A stretch of 18,596 nt of DNA from an uncultured archaeon (GTDB taxonomy: Archaea; Asgardarchaeota; Lokiarchaeia; Sigyniarchaeales; SOKP01), in assembly GCA_964388035.1 (NCBI GenBank), contig CAYLZE010000104.1:1-18596 (forward strand), written 5' to 3'. Of this stretch, positions 1 through 9,136 are shown piece after piece (position 1 is the first letter of the stretch; every line of letters begins with the position of its first letter). Under the pieces are notes generated by a model. The model had not been told where the DNA came from and searched no databases. It saw only the letters and a list, made by a program, of their open reading frames with translations. A program made the position numbers and the translations under genes.

Positions 1-142
1 TTAATTGTTAGTTGAGCAAGAATACACCATCGGTTCATTAATAAACATATTTCTTTTTAGATGCTTTAAAATAATTCCACTTGATTGGATCCATTTTAAT
101 ATTAATTTAATAGAATATAATATTAATAAAAAAAAAGATAAA

Positions 143-400
143 TTAGTTTCCACCTATAACCCTTGCCCATAAGGATAATTTATCATTTTCCTCCAAACCA
201 AATTTATGGATGGCATCATTAATAGTTATGGTCCCAGGGAGTTCTTGCCCTTTTAATACCAAGGTATAAGAGCGTTGCTCTGCACTTATAATTCCCATGT
301 GTTTTATAATAATGTCAACAATACGCTCAACTTGGTGGTGCTCTTTTACATCTAACTTAATTATTTTTCCAGTTCTGGAATCCTCCACAGTAATTCGCAT
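143..400 (-). CDS. Eukaryote-type ubiquitin-like protein (beta-grasp), precursor ending in Gly-Gly-Asn
   Basis: 85 aa. Aligns by eye along the whole of ubiquitin: MRITVEDSRTGKIIKLDV ~ MQIFVKTLTGKTITLEV; LVLKGQEL ~ LIFAGKQL; FGLEENDKLSLWARVIGG ~ YNIQKESTLHLVLRLRGG. AAGGAG lies upstream of the ATG, and a U-tract (A-run 128-136 on +) lies downstream. Confidence 0.85.
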   Translation of the reverse strand: MRITVEDSRTGKIIKLDVKEHHQVERIVDIIIKHMGIISAEQRSYTLVLKGQELPGTITINDAIHKFGLEENDKLSLWARVIGGN

Positions 401-840
401 TCTTCTTCGCTCCTTTTTCTCTCATCCTAAGGATTTATTTACTCATTAAACCTAATCTTTTAGATTTATATTTAAATATAGTAAGATGGATTTAAATTAT
501 ATTCGTTTTTGTGGTTTGATATTTATACTAATCATCTACCAAGCAATTTAAAAAATAATAAATGTTGCTTCCGTCGGGATTACCTTGAATCCCAATTCAG
601 GGATTATTTCCCAAAAATGAAAATAGCGAAGATGGAGTATGGATGTGGTCAAAAAAAGATATTTTTAAATAAATTATAATAATTGGCTAATCATCGGTTA
701 ATGTTTCCTTAATCTTAAAATAAATCTTTCAACAGAATTTTGCATTAAACGATTTAAACATGAGAAGAATATTTTCTATTAAACCAGGGAAGTAAAATGA
801 TCAGGTTGATGGGGTTAAAAATGGAAGGGACTATTATTGC

Positions 841-1386
841 TTAATAGTCCTTAATGTTGAATTTACTCATATAATACTCGTCTTCAATGATTTCCTTAGA
901 AAAGGATTCCAACCTCTTAATCTCTTTTCCAATATCTTTGGTTTTCCGTAATTTACCTATTTCTTTAAATAATTTTTGAGCATCACTATAAGTATTAATA
1001 CATTCATTATAATTTCCCGAAATTTCTAAATCTTCTGCTATGAAGACTAATCCTTCAGCCACATCTAACTTCTTGCCATACTTCCGCTGGATCCTAATCG
1101 CTTGCCAATGATTCTTCATGGCTTCTGCATGATTCTTGAATATGGAATATAATCTTCCTAAATCCCTATATACAAGAGCCTCCTGCTCATATAATTTATT
1201 ATCTTGGCAGTATTTCAACAGATCATTCAAAAAGGTAAGATAAGTCGCTTTTTCAATTTCTCTCGACCGATCAATGGTGGTATTCAGAGCTTTTTCAAAT
1301 GCATCCAGTGCATCTGATATTTTTTTTTCCTCAAAGAATCTTTTTGATTGCTCAAAAAGATTGTTTTTCACCATAATTGCATCCAA
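841..1386 (-). CDS. Tetratricopeptide repeat (TPR) protein
   Basis: Repeated TPR-like helices (ALVYRDLGRLYSIFKNHAEAMKNHWQAIRI; AEGLVFIAEDLEISGNYNECINTYSDAQKLF). GAGGTG Shine-Dalgarno (1395-1400, minus strand) sits 8 nt before the TTG start. Confidence 0.8.
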   Translation of the reverse strand: MDAIMVKNNLFEQSKRFFEEKKISDALDAFEKALNTTIDRSREIEKATYLTFLNDLLKYCQDNKLYEQEALVYRDLGRLYSIFKNHAEAMKNHWQAIRIQRKYGKKLDVAEGLVFIAEDLEISGNYNECINTYSDAQKLFKEIGKLRKTKDIGKEIKRLESFSKEIIEDEYYMSKFNIKDY

Positions 1387-1752
1387 TTATGTGACACCTC
1401 TTTTTTTTTTAATGAATGGAAAAATTAGTACAATACAATATATGATTAAATCTATTTTTAAATCTTTTGTTATTTAATTAGATGGGTATTTAATCTATCT
1501 TGTCCAATTAAATATTTTTATTCAATCTTTTTTTCATTATATCTTTTTTATTAGAAAGATTAAGTTTGATATAATAAAGTTCATATCTTTCCAAGCAATT
1601 TTAATTTTCTTTCATTTATGAAAATTTTTGTTTCCAAGCATGAACCTTTTTTGACGAAATTCTTTTTAAATCACTTTTCAAAAAATTTATATTATAATTT
1701 AGGAATAAAAAAATAAATAGTTAATAATTATGATTTTAAGATATTCATCATT

Positions 1753-2415
1753 TTAATAAACCCATCCCAAGATTCCGCCAAAAATCACATTTAAAATGAT
1801 TGCAATAGCGTAAATTCCACCGATAGCAATCACTTTATTCTTTGCAGACTTCAGTCCCATCACAATATTAGCCATCGCAACAAAAGGGAAGTAGCCGATC
1901 AAGAAGATTAACCATACTCCCGCGAAAGATAAATTCCACCAGGGATATTCCCATATTAAAAGTCCTGCTATGTTTAATATACATTCCACTATGACACACA
2001 ATACTGAGAAGATAATTGCCATGAACCAGCGGTTAGGTAATCCCAAAATCTTTTTTTCTTTATCGGGGGGAAGCATGTAGTAATAAATTATTCCCGCAAT
2101 GAGGAACCAGAAGATGATCTCAATATTCCATCCCACCATAACTTTAAAAGCACTGGGTCCAGGAGTGGTCCAAACTGCCGAAATTTGGGTTGCAGCAAAG
2201 ACCATGCCATTCCAGGTTTCATTTATAAAATCCATACCGAAAATGACCAATCCTGCAACAATGGGATCCCAATTTCCCGATTTTTTCGCCTTGGAAACTT
2301 CGACAGTGTAGATGTATAACACGATAGCCAAAAAAGGAATCACGTACCAGGTTAAGGTGCTCAGATCTCTCAACCCTTGCAAAGCTTGGCTTGAGGCTTC
2401 CGTTATTAAGAGCAT
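1753..2415 (-). CDS. Multi-pass integral membrane protein of unknown function
   Basis: 220 aa with about 6 hydrophobic segments and polar intramembrane motifs (DFINETWN, GWNIEI, VEC). AAGTGAT RBS-like sequence upstream of the ATG. Confidence 0.75.
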   Translation of the reverse strand: MLLITEASSQALQGLRDLSTLTWYVIPFLAIVLYIYTVEVSKAKKSGNWDPIVAGLVIFGMDFINETWNGMVFAATQISAVWTTPGPSAFKVMVGWNIEIIFWFLIAGIIYYYMLPPDKEKKILGLPNRWFMAIIFSVLCVIVECILNIAGLLIWEYPWWNLSFAGVWLIFLIGYFPFVAMANIVMGLKSAKNKVIAIGGIYAIAIILNVIFGGILGWVY

Positions 2416-2629
2416 TATATATCACTTTATAGAGAGGTTCAGTTTGAGTTTTTTAATGTTTATTATTGATATTTAAATATCGATTGAAGGCTTAATAAAC
2501 CTTTAGAAAATCTGCATTATTGCAAGGTCATGTACAAAGCTGTAATTTTAAGATGAAATGCTTTATTCAAAAAAGTAATTTTAACAACTTCAAGAGTGAG
2601 ACCGTTGAATCCAAGATTTAAGAGGCATT

Positions 2630-3772
2630 TCAATTAAATTCGGATTCAATTTCTTGCGCGACAGTAATGATAAATTTTAATTCTTCAAAATTCTCATCCA
2701 ACATGGCTTTAAGCAAATAAATTTTTAATTGCTTGAGTTTTTCAATATTTAACGTGAATTTAAAATCCAGATTCTTTTGCAGCTGATCTAGCTTACTATA
2801 GAGGGTTTTTGCATAGATCATGTCAAATTTTCTTGAATTACAAACGATATTTTTAAATTCCGCCAGATAGACGAATTTATTCAATTCCTTGAGCATTTCT
2901 CTTCCGAGTTTATTTAAATGATTAATATTATCTACAAATCCTGTTCTCATACTGAGTTCTAATTCTTGCTGATAATCATTAAAAAGGCTTTCGAAATAAT
3001 TATTCATTTCTTTTTCAATGGATTTTGTATTGGTTTTTGGATTCATGAGAAAGGATACTGTAAACTTATCATAATTATATGTTTGTAACTTGATATTTTT
3101 CCCTTCTAAAATTAATCCCGAGAGTTGCCTGATATTAATCTCCCGGGAAAAGTGTTCTAACGCACTAACCATCATAGGAATTAATTCTTTATCAAAGGTT
3201 TCCAGACGTTGGATTTTTAGATAATTTTCAATTGCTCCCTCATACAATTCAAACACTAATAAAGATTTTCCTGATTTATCGGCAATGAAACATCCGATAA
3301 ATGAGGGAGTATAGTTTAGATTTTCAAGTTGAGAGTACTCTTCGGGGAGATAAGAAACTTCTCTTTCAGCATTTAACGAGGAACTTGATTCTCCGGATTC
3401 CTTCTTCCATTCATTTATGGTAGAGGTCTCTTTAAAATGGTTATTTAATAAAATCTTCCCCCTATGGGTAAGAGAAAAGGCAGGATCTCCAGCAATAATG
3501 ATTTTTTGAAGGATTTCTGCCTTTTCTAATTCTTCCAAAGCCTCTTCGATCTTGATATTAGGATATTTCGTCAAAGTCTTGATAAGTTCTTGAAAGGTAA
3601 TGACAATTTTACATTCGATTACTTTTAACAAGCTTAAAACGATATCCAGTACTTCCTTATTAAGCAAATCTAAGGAGAAATCCTCTTTTGTCCATTTTAA
3701 ATCAATTTTAATGGATTTTTCGTTCATGAACTCTATATCTCCATAACCCCATTCTATTACTTTAAGAAACAA
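2630..3772 (-). CDS. Winged-helix + longin/roadblock-like domain protein (possible true start ATG at 3727)
   Basis: aa ~40-112 follow a wHTH pattern (ITFQELIK...IEEALEELEKAEIL...FSLTHRGKILL). A Ser-rich linker follows. aa ~158-298 show the beta-beta-alpha-beta-beta-beta-alpha-alpha longin pattern (FIADKSGKSLL...DKELIPMMVSALEHFSREI...ILEGKNIKLQTYNYDKFTVSFLM). The CDS is solid; the domain calls are inference. Confidence 0.6.
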   Translation of the reverse strand: MFLKVIEWGYGDIEFMNEKSIKIDLKWTKEDFSLDLLNKEVLDIVLSLLKVIECKIVITFQELIKTLTKYPNIKIEEALEELEKAEILQKIIIAGDPAFSLTHRGKILLNNHFKETSTINEWKKESGESSSSLNAEREVSYLPEEYSQLENLNYTPSFIGCFIADKSGKSLLVFELYEGAIENYLKIQRLETFDKELIPMMVSALEHFSREINIRQLSGLILEGKNIKLQTYNYDKFTVSFLMNPKTNTKSIEKEMNNYFESLFNDYQQELELSMRTGFVDNINHLNKLGREMLKELNKFVYLAEFKNIVCNSRKFDMIYAKTLYSKLDQLQKNLDFKFTLNIEKLKQLKIYLLKAMLDENFEELKFIITVAQEIESEFN

Positions 3773-3967
3773 CTTCTATTTAAAACTAAGTGTTTTGGAA
3801 ATTGTGATCACTCTTATCTCAATAAAACGTAACAAAACATAATAATAAATTAACATGAGTGTAAAAAAAGGATCAATTTTATATTTTCTTACATGTCGGA
3901 TTGTTTTAGCAAATCGTAAAGGGACAAGGGGAGTCAAATTGGAGAAGTTTCCTTGCCAAAGAGGGGT

Positions 3968-4747
3968 TCACTTAGCTATTTTATTGGCAATCATAGCTGC
4001 AGAAGCTCCTGCTCCGAATCCATTATCTATATTCACTACAAGCAAGCCCGGGGAGCACGACTGTAACATGGTGATTAAAGCCCCCTTACCTTCAGACCCC
4101 ATACCATAACCGCTTGATACCGGAACTCCAATTACTGGAACATCCACTAATGCGGTGACTACTCCCGGCAGGGTTCCTTCCATGCCTGCACATACAATAA
4201 GCACGTGAACTCCATTTTTAATCATTTCACTCAATGGGGAAAAAAGTCGATGAATGCCGGCAATTCCTATATCAAAACTTGTCATGACCTTGCATCCCAT
4301 AGCTGTTGCGATTGCCTTAGCTTCTTCGGCAATCGGAATGTCCGAACTGCCTGCTGTTATTATGCCCACGATTCCTCCTTTTTTATCAAAAGAAAAATTA
4401 GGGTCTTTTATGATGATAATCTTCCCAAGTTCATTAATTTCAACTTTCTTTCCTTCTTGTTCTTGAAATCGAGACAAGATCATCTTTTTTTGATCTTCAT
4501 TATAACGGGAAATAATAGCAAATTTTTTGGTCTTAAGAAAGGTTTCTGTAATTTCATTCAATAGTTCGAAAGGTTTGTTTTTAGCATAAATTACTTCCGG
4601 AATTCCTGTTCTAACATGTCGGTTAATATCCAATTTGGCAAGGTCTCCCACTTCTTGAATCAGATTAGCTTTAAGCAGCTTTTCAGCTTCATCTATAGAA
4701 ATTTGCTGACTGCCCAGTAATTCTAATATCTCTCGTACGCCATTCAT
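3968..4747 (-). CDS. larB: Nickel-pincer cofactor biosynthesis protein LarB (NCAIR mutase/PurE-related)
   Basis: Family motifs AKLDINRHVRTGIPEVIYAKNK, TAGSSDIPIAEEA, DIGIAGIHRL, AGMEGTLPGVV, PVIGVPVSSGYG, MLQSCSPGLLVVNIDNGFGA. Confidence 0.93.
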   Translation of the reverse strand: MNGVREILELLGSQQISIDEAEKLLKANLIQEVGDLAKLDINRHVRTGIPEVIYAKNKPFELLNEITETFLKTKKFAIISRYNEDQKKMILSRFQEQEGKKVEINELGKIIIIKDPNFSFDKKGGIVGIITAGSSDIPIAEEAKAIATAMGCKVMTSFDIGIAGIHRLFSPLSEMIKNGVHVLIVCAGMEGTLPGVVTALVDVPVIGVPVSSGYGMGSEGKGALITMLQSCSPGLLVVNIDNGFGAGASAAMIANKIAK

Positions 4748-4753
4748 GATCTC

Positions 4754-7396
4754 TCAATTCCCATATGGATTTAATTCTTTAATCATTTTTTCCAGTGTTT
4801 CTTCCTTAGTTTCTCCAGAAAAGTTGGAGAAATAACTTTCAATGCCAAAATAATCTTGGGTAAAAGATGATTCCCCTTCTAACAAATTCGGGTGAAATAT
4901 ATCCCCATTTAAATTTGGAGGGGGTCCAAAAGTGAATACTGGCTTCCATCCCGCAGCAATCATTGAAAATTCGTTCTCATCATGATTGCTTGATTCCTCC
5001 TCGACTTTGCCCATCCATGTTTGATTTGAATAGATCTCCACCATCTCATTATTTTGTAATTGAATTTGAGCAAGTAAGTTGATGGCTCCTTTGTATCCAT
5101 CGTAATTGCGTGCCTTGATAGTGATGATATTATTTCCTTCCTCAAGAAATTTCGTAATATCGAAGGTTTTTACTCTATTTAATATGGGCAATAGGGACAT
5201 TGAATATCTGGACAGGACTTCTCCAACATGTTTCCCATTTACATGAATTTCCATGTGGTTTACGGCAATTCCTTGAAGAATGGCCTTCTTGATAGGTTGA
5301 TTTATCGTGAATTCTTTTTGAAAATATCTCGGTTTTAAGGCATCTTCCCTTTCTCGAGACCAGATCCATTCCGATTTCAGATAAGGATTCACAAAATAGA
5401 TATTATTTTTGATCTGTTGGATTTTTTCTTGATACTGTTTTATCAAGAAGTCAAATAAGTTTAAGATATTATCCAAGCAAGGACGTTTTGCTGCCTTCAA
5501 CCATAATGTTTCATACTCATCCCTCATATTTTTTATTTCTTCTATCATTTTTTCAATCTTTCTTACCAGCTCATTCATTTCCTCATCTGTTTTAAGATTC
5601 TGATTTAATATTTTGGAAACTTCAATCGATAAATCAATTTTTTTCTCTAAGAAGTCTACTAATTTAGCAGAAAATATAAGATAATCAAAATGTTCTTTCT
5701 CAAAAAGAATCATGGTCTGTAATCGTCTCTGGATAGATAGACAATCTCGACCGATTTGACCTAACTTTTTATAATTATCAAAGAGCGGAAGAGCATCTTC
5801 TTTATGGAAAGGATGCTTAAAAAAGTAGGTAAAAAATAGAGGAGGAAGCAAAAGCGAGACCCGATAATAAAGGGTGGCGCTCTTACTTAACTTGGTAAAC
5901 ATTTTGTAGTATAAAGTCAAGTCATCTCCCTTAAAACCATAAAAAAGAAATCCTTGGTCTTTTTTGAATTGTTCAAAATCAAAATTTAGCGTATTCCAAG
6001 CCACCGCCCCCGATAAGAGCGCTCCAAAAATCTCATTTTCTCTCAGGCTATAATACCGCATATCGCCCCAAGTCGAATTTAAAATGCCTAAGCACCCCTT
6101 ATCACGTGCTTCATATGCAGCTTTCGTGAAATATATTATATTTTTACTTGCATTCTTGTTATCAGGAAAATGACGTTGCCAATTTAGCATGGAAGGACTG
6201 ATAATGACTTGATATCCCGCTTCTAGCAATTTTTCTAAATCGGGAAAACTTTTTTTAGCCGTATAATCCCAATACATCAAGATAAGTTTTTTAGTCAAGC
6301 CAAGTAAGATTTCAGGGTTTTTTCTCACGATATCATCATACATTATCACTTTTTCATATCCGCAATTTTTGGCAATTCGATAGACTTTTTCATAATACTC
6401 AATTAAAGCTTTACTTTTTCCCTCCCTCTCGATTAATTCCTTCGAATTAAATCGTCCTATATCGAAACTTTCATCGCATCCCACATGGAAATACTTGGTC
6501 GAAAAGCAATCGCTCATTTTAGAGATATAATCTTCCAGGAATTCCAGTACTTGGGGATTAGAAATATCAAAAGAATGAGCCCCCGGAAATTCACCCAATT
6601 TTTGATATTCTTCATGCTGTAAAATATTATCCACGTGCCCTAAACATTCAAAAATCGGAACTAATTCTATAAACCTCTCTTTCGCATATTTATCGAGCTC
6701 TTTCACTTCTTCACAAGTAAGGGCGCCTCTATTCTTTCCGATTTCGGGATGCTTGGGATGAATAAACATGTCTTCCATGTAGAGACAATAAAAATTCATC
6801 TTATAGTGACTGATTATTTTCAAGTAACGTTTCGCATTATCCAAGGTACAGACTTGCCCTCGCGAAATATCTTGAGCTATCCCCCTTATTTTTAAATCGG
6901 GGGTATCTTTAATGATAATCTCGGGTAAGGATAGAGGGTCTTCCAGGACTCGATTTGAGGGGATTTGAGAAAGATGTTTTATATAAGCATTTTTTATGAG
7001 TTGAAATAAGGTCTGAAGCCCATAAAAAATACCTCTCTCGCTCGTTCCTATTATTAGAATCCTCCCATCACGGATTTCAAGATTGTAAGCTTCCACATTT
7101 TTCGGTTCTAAAAGATCTAATGAATTCAATTGATTCAAATCCATGCTTATATCCTCTATATTGTCCCCTCTTGCTAACTTAAACTTATATATTTGCGATA
7201 GAAATTCATTCAAATCTTTCAAAAACAAGTCGGAATTCTCAAGATTAAATGTGTGAAATAATGAATTCGAGGAAAGTGTGTAAATCGATCCTTTTTGCGA
7301 ATATTCAACTAATTTTGGCTTAGGGATAAGAATTAATTCTGGATCCAAATCCCCTTCAACTTGTTTTAATTTGGATATAATAATAGCTTTTATCAT
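4754..7396 (-). CDS. Glycoside hydrolase family 20 beta-N-acetylhexosaminidase (GcnA/HexD-like) with C-terminal rhamnosidase-N-like beta-sandwich
   Basis: GH20b domain (LIPKPK; EAYNLEI...GIFYGLQTLFQL), then IKDTPDLKIRG..DISRG, LYMEDMF, ECLGH, catalytic HVGCDE, MYWDY and TWGD. The C-terminus (EWIW...RYFQKEFTI...IHVNGKHVG...FDITKFLEEGNNIITI) resembles a galactose-binding-like/rhamnosidase N-terminal sandwich. No signal peptide is evident. Confidence 0.9.
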   Translation of the reverse strand: MIKAIIISKLKQVEGDLDPELILIPKPKLVEYSQKGSIYTLSSNSLFHTFNLENSDLFLKDLNEFLSQIYKFKLARGDNIEDISMDLNQLNSLDLLEPKNVEAYNLEIRDGRILIIGTSERGIFYGLQTLFQLIKNAYIKHLSQIPSNRVLEDPLSLPEIIIKDTPDLKIRGIAQDISRGQVCTLDNAKRYLKIISHYKMNFYCLYMEDMFIHPKHPEIGKNRGALTCEEVKELDKYAKERFIELVPIFECLGHVDNILQHEEYQKLGEFPGAHSFDISNPQVLEFLEDYISKMSDCFSTKYFHVGCDESFDIGRFNSKELIEREGKSKALIEYYEKVYRIAKNCGYEKVIMYDDIVRKNPEILLGLTKKLILMYWDYTAKKSFPDLEKLLEAGYQVIISPSMLNWQRHFPDNKNASKNIIYFTKAAYEARDKGCLGILNSTWGDMRYYSLRENEIFGALLSGAVAWNTLNFDFEQFKKDQGFLFYGFKGDDLTLYYKMFTKLSKSATLYYRVSLLLPPLFFTYFFKHPFHKEDALPLFDNYKKLGQIGRDCLSIQRRLQTMILFEKEHFDYLIFSAKLVDFLEKKIDLSIEVSKILNQNLKTDEEMNELVRKIEKMIEEIKNMRDEYETLWLKAAKRPCLDNILNLFDFLIKQYQEKIQQIKNNIYFVNPYLKSEWIWSREREDALKPRYFQKEFTINQPIKKAILQGIAVNHMEIHVNGKHVGEVLSRYSMSLLPILNRVKTFDITKFLEEGNNIITIKARNYDGYKGAINLLAQIQLQNNEMVEIYSNQTWMGKVEEESSNHDENEFSMIAAGWKPVFTFGPPPNLNGDIFHPNLLEGESSFTQDYFGIESYFSNFSGETKEETLEKMIKELNPYGN

Positions 7397-7609
7397 GAAG
7401 ATTACCTACTGTTTCACAAATTTAATTATGCTCAGTATTACTAATAATTTACGTTAAAATGGAGGAGCATGAACAACCATAACGAAACCAAATTATATAT
7501 AGTTTGATGAATAATAATAATGAGAATTAACCTCATCTATAGCACGCCATAATTATATTTCCATAAATTTTAAGAACAATTATTAAACTGCTTAAATTAG
7601 AGTTATATA

Positions 7610-8887
7610 ATGATAATTGTTCAAGGATATTCTCAAAAAATCGATGATCAATTTACTCTTAAAGTCACTACAGGTGGACGGGACAACATGGAAGTTTTCT
7701 CTCGTCTTTTGGAACTAAACACGACCGTTCACGGAGATCACGCGGCGAAATACTTTGAGTGGTTATTCTTAGAACATCCTAATAAAGATGAAATGTTATG
7801 GATCTATCTAGAAACTAATAACTCAAGGAAAATTGTATCCGGAATAGCATTATTTCCTCTAGAATGGAAAATTGGGAATATAGCCATCTCTATATGCGAA
7901 ATGGGATTTGTTGGTACATTAGAGCCATATCGTGGAAGGGGATTTATCTCAAAACTCAATGAAATATTTGAAAAAGCTATGACGGAAAGAAATTATGTTT
8001 TTTCCTTGATCCGAGGAATCCCTTATTATTATAGACGTTTAGGATATGAATTCGTCTTTCCATTAGATGATCGAATCATTTTATCACGGAATAAAATTCC
8101 CAATGATCAGAAGAATAATTTAATAATTAGACAAGCTACGCATCACGATTTAAATCTAATTCAAAAATTATATGATGATTTTTATGAACAATTCTATATT
8201 TTCAACATATTTGATAAAGAGGGCTATTTTTCTCGGTTTTGTAATAACCATTATAATAGTCATACATTATCAACTTATATATTAGAAGAGAAGAGAGAAG
8301 CTGTTGCATATTTTTCATTAGGGAAGTCATATGATAACATGGCGTATACGATTAAAGTACCTCACCTTACTTATCAACAAATGATAAAAGTCCTTCAATT
8401 TGTGAAGAATCTTCCTGAGAATGAGAATGCTTCAGATATACAACTTCATGTAAGACATGATGTAGAATTTGGAAAATTTATTTTTAATTTAGGTGGAATC
8501 CCACTTAATCGATATGGATGGCAACTCAAAATCCCTAACTTGAAATTATTCTTTCAATTAATAAGACCCATTCTGGAACAGAGAATTAAAAATTCAATAT
8601 ATCAAGGATTATCAACTACTCTAATCATTAGTAATTATCATGAAAATATTGAATTAAAATTTATAAATGGAGTAATTACTGAAATAGAACAGTATAGAGG
8701 ATATCCCGATCTGGAACTATGTGATCTTAGAATTCCTGGATCTCTATTGTTTAAATTGATCCTCAGCGATAAATCTTTCAATGAAATTAATGTTATATTT
8801 GATGACGCGAGCGTGAAAGATTCATCAAAACTATTAATTGAGGTATTATTTCCAAGAAAAAAGTCATATCCAGATACTTATTATTAA
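7610..8887 (+). CDS. GNAT family N-acetyltransferase, Eis-like architecture
   Basis: Acetyl-CoA motif A (MGFVGTLEPYRGRGFISKL) and YYRRLGYE. A second GNAT-like repeat begins IRQATHHDL, and the C-terminus is SCP2-like, ending LFPR. 425 aa fits Eis-like proteins. Confidence 0.85.
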   Translation: MIIVQGYSQKIDDQFTLKVTTGGRDNMEVFSRLLELNTTVHGDHAAKYFEWLFLEHPNKDEMLWIYLETNNSRKIVSGIALFPLEWKIGNIAISICEMGFVGTLEPYRGRGFISKLNEIFEKAMTERNYVFSLIRGIPYYYRRLGYEFVFPLDDRIILSRNKIPNDQKNNLIIRQATHHDLNLIQKLYDDFYEQFYIFNIFDKEGYFSRFCNNHYNSHTLSTYILEEKREAVAYFSLGKSYDNMAYTIKVPHLTYQQMIKVLQFVKNLPENENASDIQLHVRHDVEFGKFIFNLGGIPLNRYGWQLKIPNLKLFFQLIRPILEQRIKNSIYQGLSTTLIISNYHENIELKFINGVITEIEQYRGYPDLELCDLRIPGSLLFKLILSDKSFNEINVIFDDASVKDSSKLLIEVLFPRKKSYPDTYY

Positions 8888-9136
8888 ACTACTTTAATGT
8901 TATTCATTAAAAATCCATGGTACTAATCTCTATCAATATTATAAATTAAAAAATAGTAATTGAAAGGGATCAAATCGACTTCAAAAGATATCTAGTTCTC
9001 CAACGATGTTGAATTAATTTACTTTCAAATTTAAATCTTTATTCTTACTTATAAATAAAAAAAAAATAATAAGAACTCAAAATTTATATACATAACACAT
9101 AATTTAATATCAAATCCAAAGTAAAAGTGATATAAT

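Noticed and set aside
1-48. 15-codon minus-strand ORF downstream of the Ubl
   Set aside because: It is too short, sits at the window edge, and has no supporting signal.
1274-2425. Short ORFs 1274..1477 (+), 2099..2311 (+) and 2219..2425 (-)
   Set aside because: They are antisense or out-of-frame overlaps of the better-supported TPR and membrane-protein genes, with no motifs of their own.
3855-5369. ORFs 3855..4109, 4205..4564 and 4254..4466 (+); 4960..5145 and 5175..5369 (-)
   Set aside because: They are shadows of larB and the GH20 gene, both of which are intact and carry family motifs.
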